NCBI GenBank assembly: GCA_965248915.1
Contig: OZ252216.1
Coordinates: forward strand, 153,091-217,090
DNA: 64,000 nt
DNA from: Alphaproteobacteria bacterium
Lineage (GTDB): Bacteria; Pseudomonadota; Alphaproteobacteria; M2410
Reading direction: 5' to 3'
Below are positions 1 through 10,052 of the stretch, piece after piece. Under the pieces are notes generated by a model. That model was not told the origin of the DNA. It made no database searches and saw only the letters and a program-made list of their open reading frames with translations. The position numbers were made by a program, and so were the translations under genes. Position 1 is the stretch's first letter, and each line of letters opens with the position of its first letter.

Positions 1-40
1 CAGGGAGAAGAACTTGGGCAGCCATGGTGACCTCTCAATC

Positions 41-850
41 TCAATTGCCTTCAAAGATGGGTTTTTCTTTAGCGACAAAGGCGTCATAGGCCCGCACGAA
101 ATCTTGCGTTTGCATGCAAATCGCTTGCGCTTGCGCCTCGCACTCGATTGCCGTGTCGAGGCTCATATCCCACTCAATGTTGAGCTGGTTCTTCGTGAAT
201 GCGTTTGCGAAGTTGGGGCCGGATGCCAATCGTGTCGCCATGTCCATGGCATCGCCGAGGAGTGCATTATGCTCGCAGAGTCGATTGAAGAACCCCCATC
301 GTTCCGCTTCTTCGCCTCCGAGCGACCGGCCGGTGAACAAGAGTTCCGCCGCCCGGCCTTGCCCAATAATGCGAGGCAAGATGGCACATGCGCCCATGTC
401 ACATCCCGCCAGTCCGACGCGATTGAACAGGAAGGCTGTCTTAGAGCGCGATGTCCCCAAACGAAGATCCGAAGACATGGCAATAATTGCGCCCGCACCC
501 GCACAAACACCGTCGATTGCCGCGATGATGGGTTGCGGCGCATGACGCATGGACTTGACCAGGTCACCGGTCATGCGGGTGAACTTCATGAGCTCCGTCA
601 TGTCCATTTTGGTGAGCGGACCTATGATCTCGTGAACGTCTCCGCCGGAACAGAAGTTCTCTCCCGCACCTGAAAAGACGATCGCTTTAACATTGTCCGC
701 GTAGACCAGGTTCCGAAACAGATCCCGCAACTCTGCATAGGAGGCAAAGGTCAGCGGGTTTTTGCGGTCCGGTCGATTCAACGTCACATGCCCAACGCCG
801 TTGTCGAAGCTCCATTTAAAGTGTTGGGGGGCGAAATTTGTCGGATCCAT
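41..850 (-). CDS. enoyl-CoA hydratase/isomerase (crotonase) family protein
   Basis: 269-aa ORF. Crotonase-fold signatures in the translation (…[15 protein letters not shown]…, …[15 protein letters not shown]…). The antisense ORF 14..673 has no recognisable family. Confidence 0.85.
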   Translation of the reverse strand: MDPTNFAPQHFKWSFDNGVGHVTLNRPDRKNPLTFASYAELRDLFRNLVYADNVKAIVFSGAGENFCSGGDVHEIIGPLTKMDMTELMKFTRMTGDLVKSMRHAPQPIIAAIDGVCAGAGAIIAMSSDLRLGTSRSKTAFLFNRVGLAGCDMGACAILPRIIGQGRAAELLFTGRSLGGEEAERWGFFNRLCEHNALLGDAMDMATRLASGPNFANAFTKNQLNIEWDMSLDTAIECEAQAQAICMQTQDFVRAYDAFVAKEKPIFEGN

Positions 851-934
851 TGAAATCTCCGCTGTCAGGGTGCGCGTGATGCGGATAGCAACACGACCTA
901 ATGTTTAGTATCGACGTGGAAAAGCCACAAGCAG

Positions 935-1693
935 CTACATGATTTCGCCGCCGGCAAGTGTCAGGGCCTGTCCAGTCAGCGAGGTGACATTGTTTGAGCA
1001 GAGCCACAAAACGGTTTCGGCAACCTCTTTTGGATCGACCAGTCGATTCTGCGGATTGAACTTGGTGAATTCGGACAAGACGTCATCACGAGACCGGCCA
1101 GTCTTCTCAACAATCTGGTCGATGAACTCTTGAACCAATTTTGTGTCCGTAAATCCAGGACACACCGCATTGACCCGGACGGGCGACTCCGCAAGTTCTA
1201 CAGCCAAGGCACGTGTCAACCCGATGACCCCATGCTTGGCTGCTGTGTAAGCGGACGTGTAGGCATACCCCTTAAGGCCCGACGTGCTCGCAATGTTGAT
1301 GATGTGTCCGGCTTTGGACTTCTTGAGACTCTTGAGAGCAGCTCGTGTGCACAGGTAAGTTCCGGTGAGATTAACATCCAACATCGCTTGCCACAAATCG
1401 AGGTTTGTCTTCTCAAAGGGCGCCGACTGCGCGGCACCCGCATTGTTGACCAGGATGTCAATGTCGCCGTTTTGTGAGATGACATTTTGAAAGGCCGAGT
1501 CGACGACCGCAGGTTTAGTTAAGTCCATGCCAATTGCGACTGCCTTTGGCAATTTTTTGGCCACCTTCTTCGCACGCTCGACGTCGCGAGCCAGAATACT
1601 AATAAATGCACCCTTAGTTGCGAGCGCTTCTGAAATAGCGCGTCCAATTCCGGTTGCCCCACCGGTAACAACGGCATGTCTACCAGTTAGCAA
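935..1693 (-). CDS. SDR-family NAD(P)-dependent oxidoreductase
   Basis: N-terminal TGGATGIG Rossmann motif, NNAG, and catalytic Y-x3-K (YTAAK). Length of 252 aa is typical of classical SDRs. Confidence 0.88.
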   Translation of the reverse strand: MLTGRHAVVTGGATGIGRAISEALATKGAFISILARDVERAKKVAKKLPKAVAIGMDLTKPAVVDSAFQNVISQNGDIDILVNNAGAAQSAPFEKTNLDLWQAMLDVNLTGTYLCTRAALKSLKKSKAGHIINIASTSGLKGYAYTSAYTAAKHGVIGLTRALAVELAESPVRVNAVCPGFTDTKLVQEFIDQIVEKTGRSRDDVLSEFTKFNPQNRLVDPKEVAETVLWLCSNNVTSLTGQALTLAGGEIM

Positions 1694-1925
1694 AGTTTTC
1701 CTACCTCAATGAAATACTAAGACGCTCTCAAGCCCGAGATACGGAATTGGCTTAGCACACCACGTATGAATTGTCAGGCGCGACAGCCATCGCGGTTTTA
1801 CATAATGTGAGTAGGTAAGTATTTGAGTATTAATCATGTATTGGCATAGCTTTTTGTATACAACGATGGGGCGTCCAAAAAGTGGGCGCTAAACAACTTC
1901 TCACCAATGTGTTTCAACTGGCACC

Positions 1926-2960
1926 ATGGTAAAATCACTACTCCACAATATCCTTAGTGCGGCAGCGGATGCCTCACAAAGCCAGGGAAAGAGAAAAAGT
2001 CACTGGGGCACGCTCATTCGTGTTGCTGTGACAATTGGCATATTTGCGGCGTTGTTCAGCTGGCTGCCGATTGAGGTCCTGATTGAGGCAATTGCCTCAA
2101 TCCCCCTGCATATTTGGGTCTTTGTCGTTGGCCTGGTGCTAGTCAACCACTTTGTTTCCGCCATGAAGTGGCGGCTACTACTTTCGGCCGCAGGAACACG
2201 AATACTCAGAACGAGTGCCGTACAAGCTCATGGAGCGGGTCTGTTTGCAACAATCTTTCTCCCCGGCAATGTTGGTGGAGACTTTGTTCGCGCCGCCGTA
2301 ATAGCACGGCAAAAGAAAGGGCAAATGGGAGCGATCGCAGTCGGCGGGATGGGTGACCGTGTCAATGACCTGGTTGCTCTCGTGTTAATTTCGTTTGTGG
2401 CGAGTTTGTTTCTGCCCGAAATCGAGAATTCAGCCTACGGCAATGTTCTATCAATAGTGACAGCGGCAATATTATTAGGTGTGATTGTTGGGTCTTGGAC
2501 CATTCTCAAATTTCCACTAGATCGTTTGCCAGTGCAACTGTCGAATGTAGTCACGAAACTTCGTGATGCCTTGAGATCTCTACTGGCTGAGCCCCTCGCC
2601 GGAGCGATTGGTCTTTTCATGTCCATCGTGATTCAGTGCATTTTCGTATTTCTGAATATCGTCTTTGCAAAGAATATGGGACTCGAAGTTCCCATTGTGC
2701 TTTGGTTCTTCGCCTGGCCGATGACCAAGCTCATCGCTCTTGTTCCCATTAGTTTGGGGGGGTTGGGTGTGAGAAATGCAGTTCTCGCCGGACTAATGGC
2801 ACCGTTCGGGATTGCGTCGAGTCTGGTCGTTGCGCAATCACTATGTTGGGACGCAGTGATGATCTTAACAGGTCTCGCAGGTCTGGGCGCCGCCGCTGTT
2901 CCATCGAGCAATAATGTGAGGCCCTCTGGACCTTCTATGAGTGACGTAGGGAACGACTGA
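1926..2960 (+). CDS. UPF0104 / lysylphosphatidylglycerol-synthase-TM-region (flippase-like) family membrane protein
   Basis: 344 aa with about 8 hydrophobic helices. Family-typical KWRLLL and GGDFVRA motifs. Same family as MprF N-domain / YbhN / HpnL. Confidence 0.65.
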   Translation: MVKSLLHNILSAAADASQSQGKRKSHWGTLIRVAVTIGIFAALFSWLPIEVLIEAIASIPLHIWVFVVGLVLVNHFVSAMKWRLLLSAAGTRILRTSAVQAHGAGLFATIFLPGNVGGDFVRAAVIARQKKGQMGAIAVGGMGDRVNDLVALVLISFVASLFLPEIENSAYGNVLSIVTAAILLGVIVGSWTILKFPLDRLPVQLSNVVTKLRDALRSLLAEPLAGAIGLFMSIVIQCIFVFLNIVFAKNMGLEVPIVLWFFAWPMTKLIALVPISLGGLGVRNAVLAGLMAPFGIASSLVVAQSLCWDAVMILTGLAGLGAAAVPSSNNVRPSGPSMSDVGND

Positions 2961-3306
2961 GGATTGGAATTGTCTAAAAACCACACCAAGAGTCGGTGAA
3001 TTAACGATTTTTCCTCCCACGGATGATCGAAATCGACCATCACCACCGCAACGCCAACGATCACCAGAGATGTGCCTGATAGAGGCAACGGGCTCGAATT
3101 TTGCATTCCCATAGCTCTGAAATCTGGGATGAATATAGGACAACGGGGGGCTCTTGAGTCCTTATTAGGAAATTAGGCGTTGAATGTTATCCAAGGCCTG
3201 GGTCTAATCGTCTTTAACTGGGTCATTTGGGTTCTAGATACACGCATTTGTGTACGATTTCGGGAATACCTGAGTAAAAGCGTAGGGAATTGAGTTAGGG
3301 GAAGTA

Positions 3307-4983
3307 ATGAAAATCGCACTTTGTTATCCATCACTTTTGCCGGGTGAACGGCCGAGTTACGGTTTGCCGCCAATGGGTATTCTTTATATTGCGGCAGAGC
3401 TGCAATTGGCGGGGCACACAGTAACCGTTGTGGACTCTGATATCGAAGGATTGACTGCGCAAGAAACGGCGGAGTGCATTTTGGCCTCTGACCCGGATCT
3501 TATCGGGTTCAGCATTATGACGCCTCAGGTTCCCTGTTGTTTGCAAGCCTGTCATATTTTGAAGCGTGAACGCCCCGATATTCCCATCGTCATTGGCGGC
3601 GCCCATATCGCATCGACCCTGGATGACATCTTCACTCAAAGTGATGACTTCGATTTCGTGATCAATGGCGAGGGCGAGGTTACGATGCTCGAAGTTTGCG
3701 CCAAGATGCGTGAACAGAAAGTTCCAGAGTGTCTAGTGGGCGTCCCTGGCGTCATGTACCGCAAACCAGATGGTAAGGCCAAGATCAACCAACCACGACC
3801 CTTCTTTAAGGATCTCGATGAGTTGGCACCAATTGATTATTCATTGGTGGATGTTTTCAAATACAAAATCCCGACCCTACCTGGGCCGCCAGTTGTTGGC
3901 TTGATGATCACGCGCGGGTGTCCGTTCAAGTGTACATACTGTGATGCACCGACGACAACCGGTCGCAAAATCAGATATCATTCGCCGAAACGCGCGGTCG
4001 AAGACATTGTGCGGCTTAACAAACAATTCGGCGTGCGAGGATTTTCTTTCCGCGACAGTACCTTTACGGCGTCAAAGAAATGGACCAAGGAATTCTGCGA
4101 ACGTCTTATTGATAGCGGTGTCAAAATCGCTTGGCGTTGCAACACGCGCGTCGACTGTGTCACCGAAGAACTTCTGATGCTCATGAAGAAGTCAGGCTGT
4201 CACACCATCAATTTCGGTGTGGAATCCGGACACCCAGACATTCTGGCGCGCATCAAGAAAGAAGTGAAGATTGACCGGATTTACGACGCTCATAAATGGA
4301 CGCGAAAAGCCGGAATCAGAACTTACACGACATTTTTGGTCGGTTCACCCGGTGAGACCGATGAAACAATACGTGAGACAATAGAGGTAGCAAAGCGAGC
4401 CAGGCCGAGCATGGCCATGTTCTTTGTGACCATTGGATATCCAGGAACCGAAATGTACCGCGAAGCCGTTCAAGAGGGCCTCATCGAACAAGGATGGTGG
4501 AACAAGCAACGCTGGGACAAAGATGTGAACAGCGCATTCGAAAAACGGTGGGGCTGGTCGGCCGATGCAGGGTCGTTACATCTTGAAGGCTTCGATTCAC
4601 AAGGCTGGCAGCGTCGCGCCACACGCGAGTTTTACCTTCGTCCCAGATTTGTACTAGACACATTGATCTTCACTTTGAAGAACCCGTATTTCCTAAGGCA
4701 CGTTATTGTCCTATCGAAAGAAGTCCTGCCTCTGCACAAATTGCGTCTTCCTTGGAAGAAGTCCAAAATCAATGAAGATCATAAAGTCTATTCCCGTTGT
4801 CCGGAAGCTGCGACATGGGATTACAAAGAACGTGATGACCTCCCAGCTCTCACCATTACATCAAGTGGTGCTGTGAAGCGGACCGAAGAGGACATCAAAA
4901 TCCCGAAGGACATTCCTCCCGTCACCTTGGCCGACAGTGGTTTGGTGGAGCTGCGTGCAGGCAAGACGCAAGCAGCGGAATAG
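3307..4983 (+). CDS. B12-binding-domain radical SAM protein (paralog A)
   Basis: N-terminal cobalamin-binding Rossmann segment (KIALCYP…GILYIAAEL…VTVVD). Radical-SAM Cx3Cx2C (GCPFKCTYCDAP). About 120-aa C-terminal extension with WWNKQRWD…RWGW and RCPxxxxWDYKxRD motifs. Confidence 0.85.
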   Translation: MKIALCYPSLLPGERPSYGLPPMGILYIAAELQLAGHTVTVVDSDIEGLTAQETAECILASDPDLIGFSIMTPQVPCCLQACHILKRERPDIPIVIGGAHIASTLDDIFTQSDDFDFVINGEGEVTMLEVCAKMREQKVPECLVGVPGVMYRKPDGKAKINQPRPFFKDLDELAPIDYSLVDVFKYKIPTLPGPPVVGLMITRGCPFKCTYCDAPTTTGRKIRYHSPKRAVEDIVRLNKQFGVRGFSFRDSTFTASKKWTKEFCERLIDSGVKIAWRCNTRVDCVTEELLMLMKKSGCHTINFGVESGHPDILARIKKEVKIDRIYDAHKWTRKAGIRTYTTFLVGSPGETDETIRETIEVAKRARPSMAMFFVTIGYPGTEMYREAVQEGLIEQGWWNKQRWDKDVNSAFEKRWGWSADAGSLHLEGFDSQGWQRRATREFYLRPRFVLDTLIFTLKNPYFLRHVIVLSKEVLPLHKLRLPWKKSKINEDHKVYSRCPEAATWDYKERDDLPALTITSSGAVKRTEEDIKIPKDIPPVTLADSGLVELRAGKTQAAE

Positions 4984-5009
4984 GTTTGCAGAAATCCAAA
5001 TAGAAGAAA

Positions 5010-5040
5010 GGACCGGAGAAATCTTCGGCCCTTTTTGTTT
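5010..5040 (+). terminator. putative intrinsic terminator between the convergent radical-SAM genes
   Basis: GGACCGGA-GAAAUC-UUCGGCCC hairpin (8 bp, one mismatch, one G-U) followed by UUUUUGUUU. Sits 27 nt after the stop of paralog A, with paralog B converging from the other side. Confidence 0.35.
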
Positions 5041-5067
5041 ATTCTTCTTGTGTTACCGAAACCGTTC

Positions 5068-6669
5068 TTACTCGCTCACCGTCAGATGTGAATTCGCGTC
5101 ACTGCGCTTCTTATAATCCCAGTTGGGCTGCGACGGACAACGCTCAAGTATTTGCAGGCGTTCATCTTCCTTGATCTTCTTTTGCGGTAAGAGATTGCGC
5201 AATTTGTAGAAGGGAAGAACTTCAAATCCAAGATTCCACAAATGCCTCATGAAATAAGGGTTCTTCAACGTGAAAATTCCCGTGTCCCAAATAAAGCGTG
5301 GACGCATGTACCAGGCTCGGGTTGCCTTGCGTTGCCACAACTCCGCGTCAAATCCGTTCTTGAAGGTAAGGGCGCCTGCATCTGTCCAGCCCCAACGGAC
5401 TTGGAAGGCAGAGTTCTTTGAGGCGTCAAATTCTTGTTTGGCCCACCACCTGGGTTGAACCTCGCCGGCCACGAGTGCCTCATCATACATCGGCGTTCCC
5501 GGATAGGCCGTTGAAACGAAGAACATGCAGAGGCTTGGCCGAACGCGTTTGGAGAAATCGAGTGTATTTTGAGCGCTTTCTTCTGTTTCCCCAGGATTGC
5601 CAATAAGGAATGTCGCGTATGTCCGGATGCCCAATTTGCGGCAGCGCTCAAAGGCATCAACGACCTCTTCGAGATCAACTTCTTTCTTGATGCGCTTCAA
5701 GACTTCCTGGTCACCGGATTCAACGCCAAAGTTGATGACGTAGCAACCGGCCTCGGCCATGAGGTCAAGAAGACCAGGTGGGACGAGATTTGCACGGGTG
5801 TTGCAGCGCCATTTGATATTGAGATTTTCGTCGACCAACCGTTGGCAGAACTCCTGCGCCCACTTCTTCTTTGCGGTGAAAGTTGAGTCCTTAAACACGA
5901 AATTGGTGACACCGTACTTCTCTTTGTAGAACTTGATGTCTTCAATCACTCGGTCAATGGACCAAAATCTGAGCTTGGTTCCCATAGTGATCGGTGCGTC
6001 ACAGAATGTACATTTGAATGGACAACCGCGGGACAACATCATTGAAACCACATAACCACCCGCCATGGTCGGAATGCTGTACTTCTTAATATCGACCATG
6101 TCGTAGTCGACCGACGGAAACTCATCGAGATTGCGGGTAAACGGACGACCGAGGTTGACCTGGACTTTGCCAGTCTCTTTGTCGCGGTAAATTATGTTGG
6201 GCACATCTTCGATGCACTCTTGGAAATTGGTGTAGCCTTCTTCGGTCTTTACGCCCTTGTCGCGCAAGTTTTGGCAGGCCTCAAGCAGCGTGTACTCGCC
6301 TTCACCGTGAACGGCAAAATCGAAACAGTCAGCCATTTCGTATGTGTCACCCTTAGTGGAGTCGACATGAGCGCCTCCAAGTACGACGGGAAGGTCAGGA
6401 CGGGCTTCTTTAATCAGTGTCGAACATGCCAGCGCTGTAATCAGCTGCGGCGTCATCATGCTAAAGCCGATGAGGTCCGGTTCGCTTTCTAAGACGCGCA
6501 CGACCGTTTCTTCCACAGAAAGACCGTCGATGTCCGCGTCGATCACTTCGACGTCGAAACCATTCTCCTTCAACAAGGCCGCAATGTACAAGACGCCCAA
6601 GGGTTGCAGCCCGTACTTTGCTTTGTGTCCCGGTACCAATGCCGGATAACAGAGAGTGATCTTCTTCAT
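5068..6669 (-). CDS. B12-binding-domain radical SAM protein (paralog B)
   Basis: Same architecture as 3307..4983 (KITLCYPALVP…GVLYIAALL…VEVID; GCPFKCTFCDAP; C-terminal RWWAKQEF…RWGW and RCPSQPNWDYKKRSD). Clearly homologous but diverged, roughly 55-60% identity by eye. Confidence 0.85.
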   Translation of the reverse strand: MKKITLCYPALVPGHKAKYGLQPLGVLYIAALLKENGFDVEVIDADIDGLSVEETVVRVLESEPDLIGFSMMTPQLITALACSTLIKEARPDLPVVLGGAHVDSTKGDTYEMADCFDFAVHGEGEYTLLEACQNLRDKGVKTEEGYTNFQECIEDVPNIIYRDKETGKVQVNLGRPFTRNLDEFPSVDYDMVDIKKYSIPTMAGGYVVSMMLSRGCPFKCTFCDAPITMGTKLRFWSIDRVIEDIKFYKEKYGVTNFVFKDSTFTAKKKWAQEFCQRLVDENLNIKWRCNTRANLVPPGLLDLMAEAGCYVINFGVESGDQEVLKRIKKEVDLEEVVDAFERCRKLGIRTYATFLIGNPGETEESAQNTLDFSKRVRPSLCMFFVSTAYPGTPMYDEALVAGEVQPRWWAKQEFDASKNSAFQVRWGWTDAGALTFKNGFDAELWQRKATRAWYMRPRFIWDTGIFTLKNPYFMRHLWNLGFEVLPFYKLRNLLPQKKIKEDERLQILERCPSQPNWDYKKRSDANSHLTVSE

Positions 6670-6973
6670 TCGTAAACTCCTGAACCCCTCGGGCCACCCA
6701 AGGCCAAGTACACATTACTTGATAGGGCAGCCAAGCGCCACCTTGGGAAATCACATAATCCGCAATCTTCTAATAGCGATTTCTAAGACTTATACCGCTG
6801 GCAACGTTACCAAATTGATACAACATGTCTTTCTCGCCTGGATCGGGAGGTTCCCAAGAATGTTCGCCCCACAGAACATGCGCCACCCTGAAACGATGGC
6901 GTATTTTCAACAAATGGCTAAAGCAAGCAACATGCCACGGATGGCGTGAATAACCCTTGTCCGTGTGGTGATA

Positions 6974-8638
6974 TTAGGTGGTCAATCCGTCCTGAAATTC
7001 CGGTTCCTCTGATGGCAGAAAGGATCTGCCCAGAACCGCATCGGACATTTTTTCTGCAATCATGATGGTCGGCGCATTCGTATTTCCACTGACGATGGTC
7101 GGCATCACCGAAGCATCAATCACACGCAAGTTTCCGATTCCCCGCACACGGCACGTTTCATCAACAACCGCCTTGTCGTCGTGACCCATTTTACAGGTTC
7201 CAACGGGGTGATAGTCCGTCTCCATATTCTCTGAAATATGTCGATCAATATCATCATTTGATTGAGCTCTATCGCCTGGCCAAATTTCCGCACCTCGGTA
7301 GGGGTCCATGGCGGGTTGGGCGATGATTTGACGGGTCAACTTCACACCGGCTCGCATGGTCTGAATGTCTACTCTTGTGTCTAGATAATTTGGATGAATT
7401 CCTGGCGCGTCATGTGTTGATGGAGACTTCAAACAAATACGACCGCGGCTCTCGGGCCGCAATTGGGTAACGTGAACCAGAAATCCATGCCGTTGTCCTC
7501 CTTCAATCGGTTGTCGGCCATGATCCTTCATCAATCCTGCAACAAACTGTAATTGAACATCTGGGATTCCAAGCTCCGGGCGTGTCTTGATAAACCCGCC
7601 CGCTTCAACTGGGATGGCAGCTGCTGGTCCTGTCTTGGTGAGAAGATATCGCAAGCCGACGCCAAACCGCCGAAATCGATTGGTCGAGTATTTGTGGTAC
7701 GTGACAGGCTTCAAACATTCGTACTGGACAAAATAATCCGCATGGTCTTGCAAGTTCTCCCCAACCCCCGCGAGGTCGGTGATACAAGGAATGCCAAACT
7801 CACGTAGATGTTCTGCCGGTCCAATGCCGGACGCAAGAAGAAGGTGAGGGGACCCAACCGCCCCCGCGCTGCATATAACCTCGTTCGATGCGGTAAGGGT
7901 CAGTTGCTCGCTGTCCTTTGAAATCAAGACGCCTGTCGCCCTCTTGCCCTCAAAGACGATCTTTTCTGCATGAGAATTTGTGAAGATGGAGAGATTGTCG
8001 CGACCCATCGCTTGCTCCAAGTAGGTGCTGGCCGTGCTTGCGCGCTCTCCTTTGTGGATGGTGAATTGATAGTGACCGACACCTTCTTGATTAGGACCAT
8101 TGAAGTCTGGGTTGTGCTTGTATCCTGCTTGAACACCTGCTTGAACACCTGCTTGCACAAAGGCCTCAAAGAGGTGCAAGTCAGTACTCGCATCTGAAAC
8201 ATTGAGGGGGCCATCATCGCCGTGCAGTGGGTCGGACTTAGAGTTGTTGCTTTCAGAGCGCTTGAAATAGGGAAGGCAGTCCGCAAACCCCCACCCGGTA
8301 AGCCCCATCTGTCGCCATTGGTCGTAGTCCAAGCGATTACCGCGAATGTAGATCATGCCGTTGATCGAAGAAGAGCCTCCAAGCACTTTGCCACGCGGCC
8401 AATAGAGTTTGCGATTGGCAGTCTTGGGGTCAGGTTCCGTCTCAAAAGACCATTTGTGATCCGCGTTCGATAGGATGGTACCCATACCCGACGGCATCTT
8501 GATCAATGTGTGATTGTTTGCCCCACCAGCTTCGATAAGCGCAACGCGATGTTGACCGCCATCGCTCAAGCGATTGGCCAGCACGCACCCAGCGCTGCCT
8601 GCGCCGATGATGACGTAGTCGAATTGAAGGTCTGACAT
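6974..8638 (-). CDS. GMC-family FAD oxidoreductase (choline dehydrogenase-like)
   Basis: N-terminal [22 protein letters not shown] motif and GMC signature regions. Length 554 aa. Lies 4 nt downstream of the MFS gene on the same strand. Confidence 0.85.
   Translation of the reverse strand: MSDLQFDYVIIGAGSAGCVLANRLSDGGQHRVALIEAGGANNHTLIKMPSGMGTILSNADHKWSFETEPDPKTANRKLYWPRGKVLGGSSSINGMIYIRGNRLDYDQWRQMGLTGWGFADCLPYFKRSESNNSKSDPLHGDDGPLNVSDASTDLHLFEAFVQAGVQAGVQAGYKHNPDFNGPNQEGVGHYQFTIHKGERASTASTYLEQAMGRDNLSIFTNSHAEKIVFEGKRATGVLISKDSEQLTLTASNEVICSAGAVGSPHLLLASGIGPAEHLREFGIPCITDLAGVGENLQDHADYFVQYECLKPVTYHKYSTNRFRRFGVGLRYLLTKTGPAAAIPVEAGGFIKTRPELGIPDVQLQFVAGLMKDHGRQPIEGGQRHGFLVHVTQLRPESRGRICLKSPSTHDAPGIHPNYLDTRVDIQTMRAGVKLTRQIIAQPAMDPYRGAEIWPGDRAQSNDDIDRHISENMETDYHPVGTCKMGHDDKAVVDETCRVRGIGNLRVIDASVMPTIVSGNTNAPTIMIAEKMSDAVLGRSFLPSEEPEFQDGLTT
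8124..8159 (-). repeat. in-frame 12-nt tandem repeat x3 (cctgcttgaaca) inside the GMC oxidoreductase gene
   Basis: Read directly from the sequence: two perfect copies and one one-mismatch copy. Encodes [11 protein letters not shown] in the protein. Confidence 0.8.
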
Positions 8639-8642
8639 CTAC

Positions 8643-9998
8643 TTATCCCTTTGCCCCTGCCGAGGCGGGGTCTTCAAGTACCTTTTCACGAGTCTTAGCA
8701 TCTAACCAGAGGAGCCCAAAGAGAGGAGGGATTGTAAGGAAGGCGTAAATCGCGCCACCAAGGGCAATTGTTCGGATGGACACGCCGGCGTCCAACAAAT
8801 AGCCAAAGCTCGCGGGCGCCAATCCTGTAGCGAGAACCATAACGGCGGAAATCATAGATCGGATGGCGCCAAGATGCTGTACCCCGTAGAGACCTGGCCA
8901 AAGTGCGCCCGAAATGGGAATGCTAATTCCAACCGCGACCCCCGATAGGGCGTAGAATGCCCAAATGCCGGTGAAACTGTCTGAGAGACTAAGTGTCAGA
9001 ATGGACAGGGCGAGAAGCAAGGCGGAAACTGGATAGAGTTTAAGAAACCCGATCCTGTCGACCCACGGACCCAGTCCAAGGGATCCGATCATCTTTGCAA
9101 TCGCAAAAGCGGTGAAACAACCGGCAATGAATTCAAGGCTTAGTCCGGATTCGCTGGCAAGAGATGCCTGGTGGAAAAAGAGCCCCGTCAGCAAGTAAGG
9201 TGACCCCAACATAGCTGGCAGCAACAACCAAAACCGCGTGTCGCGAATGACCTCCCCACGTGTCCATTGTTTGTGCCACTGAACAGGCTTGCCTTTATGC
9301 GATCCATTCGAATTGCGAACATTCTCATAATGTAGTTTGAGGTCGCGGCGATTGGCCTTGAGTAAGAACAGTGCAACGGGAAGAAAGACAAACGCGATGA
9401 AAGCCGCGATCGAAAGCCAAGTGAAACGCCAGCCGACAAGTCCCAGCATGGCGACAACGCAAATGGGCATGGCGGCTTCTGCGGTTGCAAATCCCATGGA
9501 GGCGAGGCTTGCCGCCTTGGCGCGATTGTTATGAAAATACCGCGCCATCGTGGTGGATGACGTATGACCCATCAACGCTTGGCCAAGATGACGGATGCCG
9601 AAGATTGCAATGGCGAGAACCGCAACGTGGAAAGCCAAACCGACCAATGCCGCCGCGCCTGCAAAGAGGAGGCTGAAGACCACAATCGTCCGTCGCACGG
9701 TCCATCTATCGATGAGCTTGCCCGTCCAAAAGAAAACACCCGCGCTCACCAAGGTTGCTGTCGAAAAGATGAGGCCAAAGTCGCCGATCGAAATGCCAAA
9801 ATGACCTGCAATGTCGTCTCGAAACAGACCGACGAAAAATGTCTGGCCAGGTCCCGAGAGTGCCGTCAATAGAAAGCCAAAACCAAGAAGTGGCCAATCC
9901 TGCTTGATGAATTTCCAATACGTCACTTGGCTGGACCTTTTGCTCAGTCGGCATCGCTGACCATCTGAGGGCAGAGAGGCATTTAGTCTCGGAATCAA
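8643..9998 (-). CDS. MFS transporter
   Basis: About 12 predicted TM helices and MFS-like loop motifs. The track start at 9998 is TTG. An in-frame GTG about 72 nt downstream (…VTYWKF…) with an upstream AAGG is an alternative start. The stop lies 4 nt before the GMC start, implying an operon. Confidence 0.7.
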   Translation of the reverse strand: MIPRLNASLPSDGQRCRLSKRSSQVTYWKFIKQDWPLLGFGFLLTALSGPGQTFFVGLFRDDIAGHFGISIGDFGLIFSTATLVSAGVFFWTGKLIDRWTVRRTIVVFSLLFAGAAALVGLAFHVAVLAIAIFGIRHLGQALMGHTSSTTMARYFHNNRAKAASLASMGFATAEAAMPICVVAMLGLVGWRFTWLSIAAFIAFVFLPVALFLLKANRRDLKLHYENVRNSNGSHKGKPVQWHKQWTRGEVIRDTRFWLLLPAMLGSPYLLTGLFFHQASLASESGLSLEFIAGCFTAFAIAKMIGSLGLGPWVDRIGFLKLYPVSALLLALSILTLSLSDSFTGIWAFYALSGVAVGISIPISGALWPGLYGVQHLGAIRSMISAVMVLATGLAPASFGYLLDAGVSIRTIALGGAIYAFLTIPPLFGLLWLDAKTREKVLEDPASAGAKG

Positions 9999-10052
9999 CC
10001 CATTAACTCCGGAAGAAAGTGATTTGCTGTGTTTTCGCTGCTGTTCTGTAAA

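Noticed and set aside
14-673. 219-aa + strand ORF at the window start
   Set aside because: It is entirely antisense to the well-supported crotonase gene (41..850, -), and its translation is low-complexity with no family signature.
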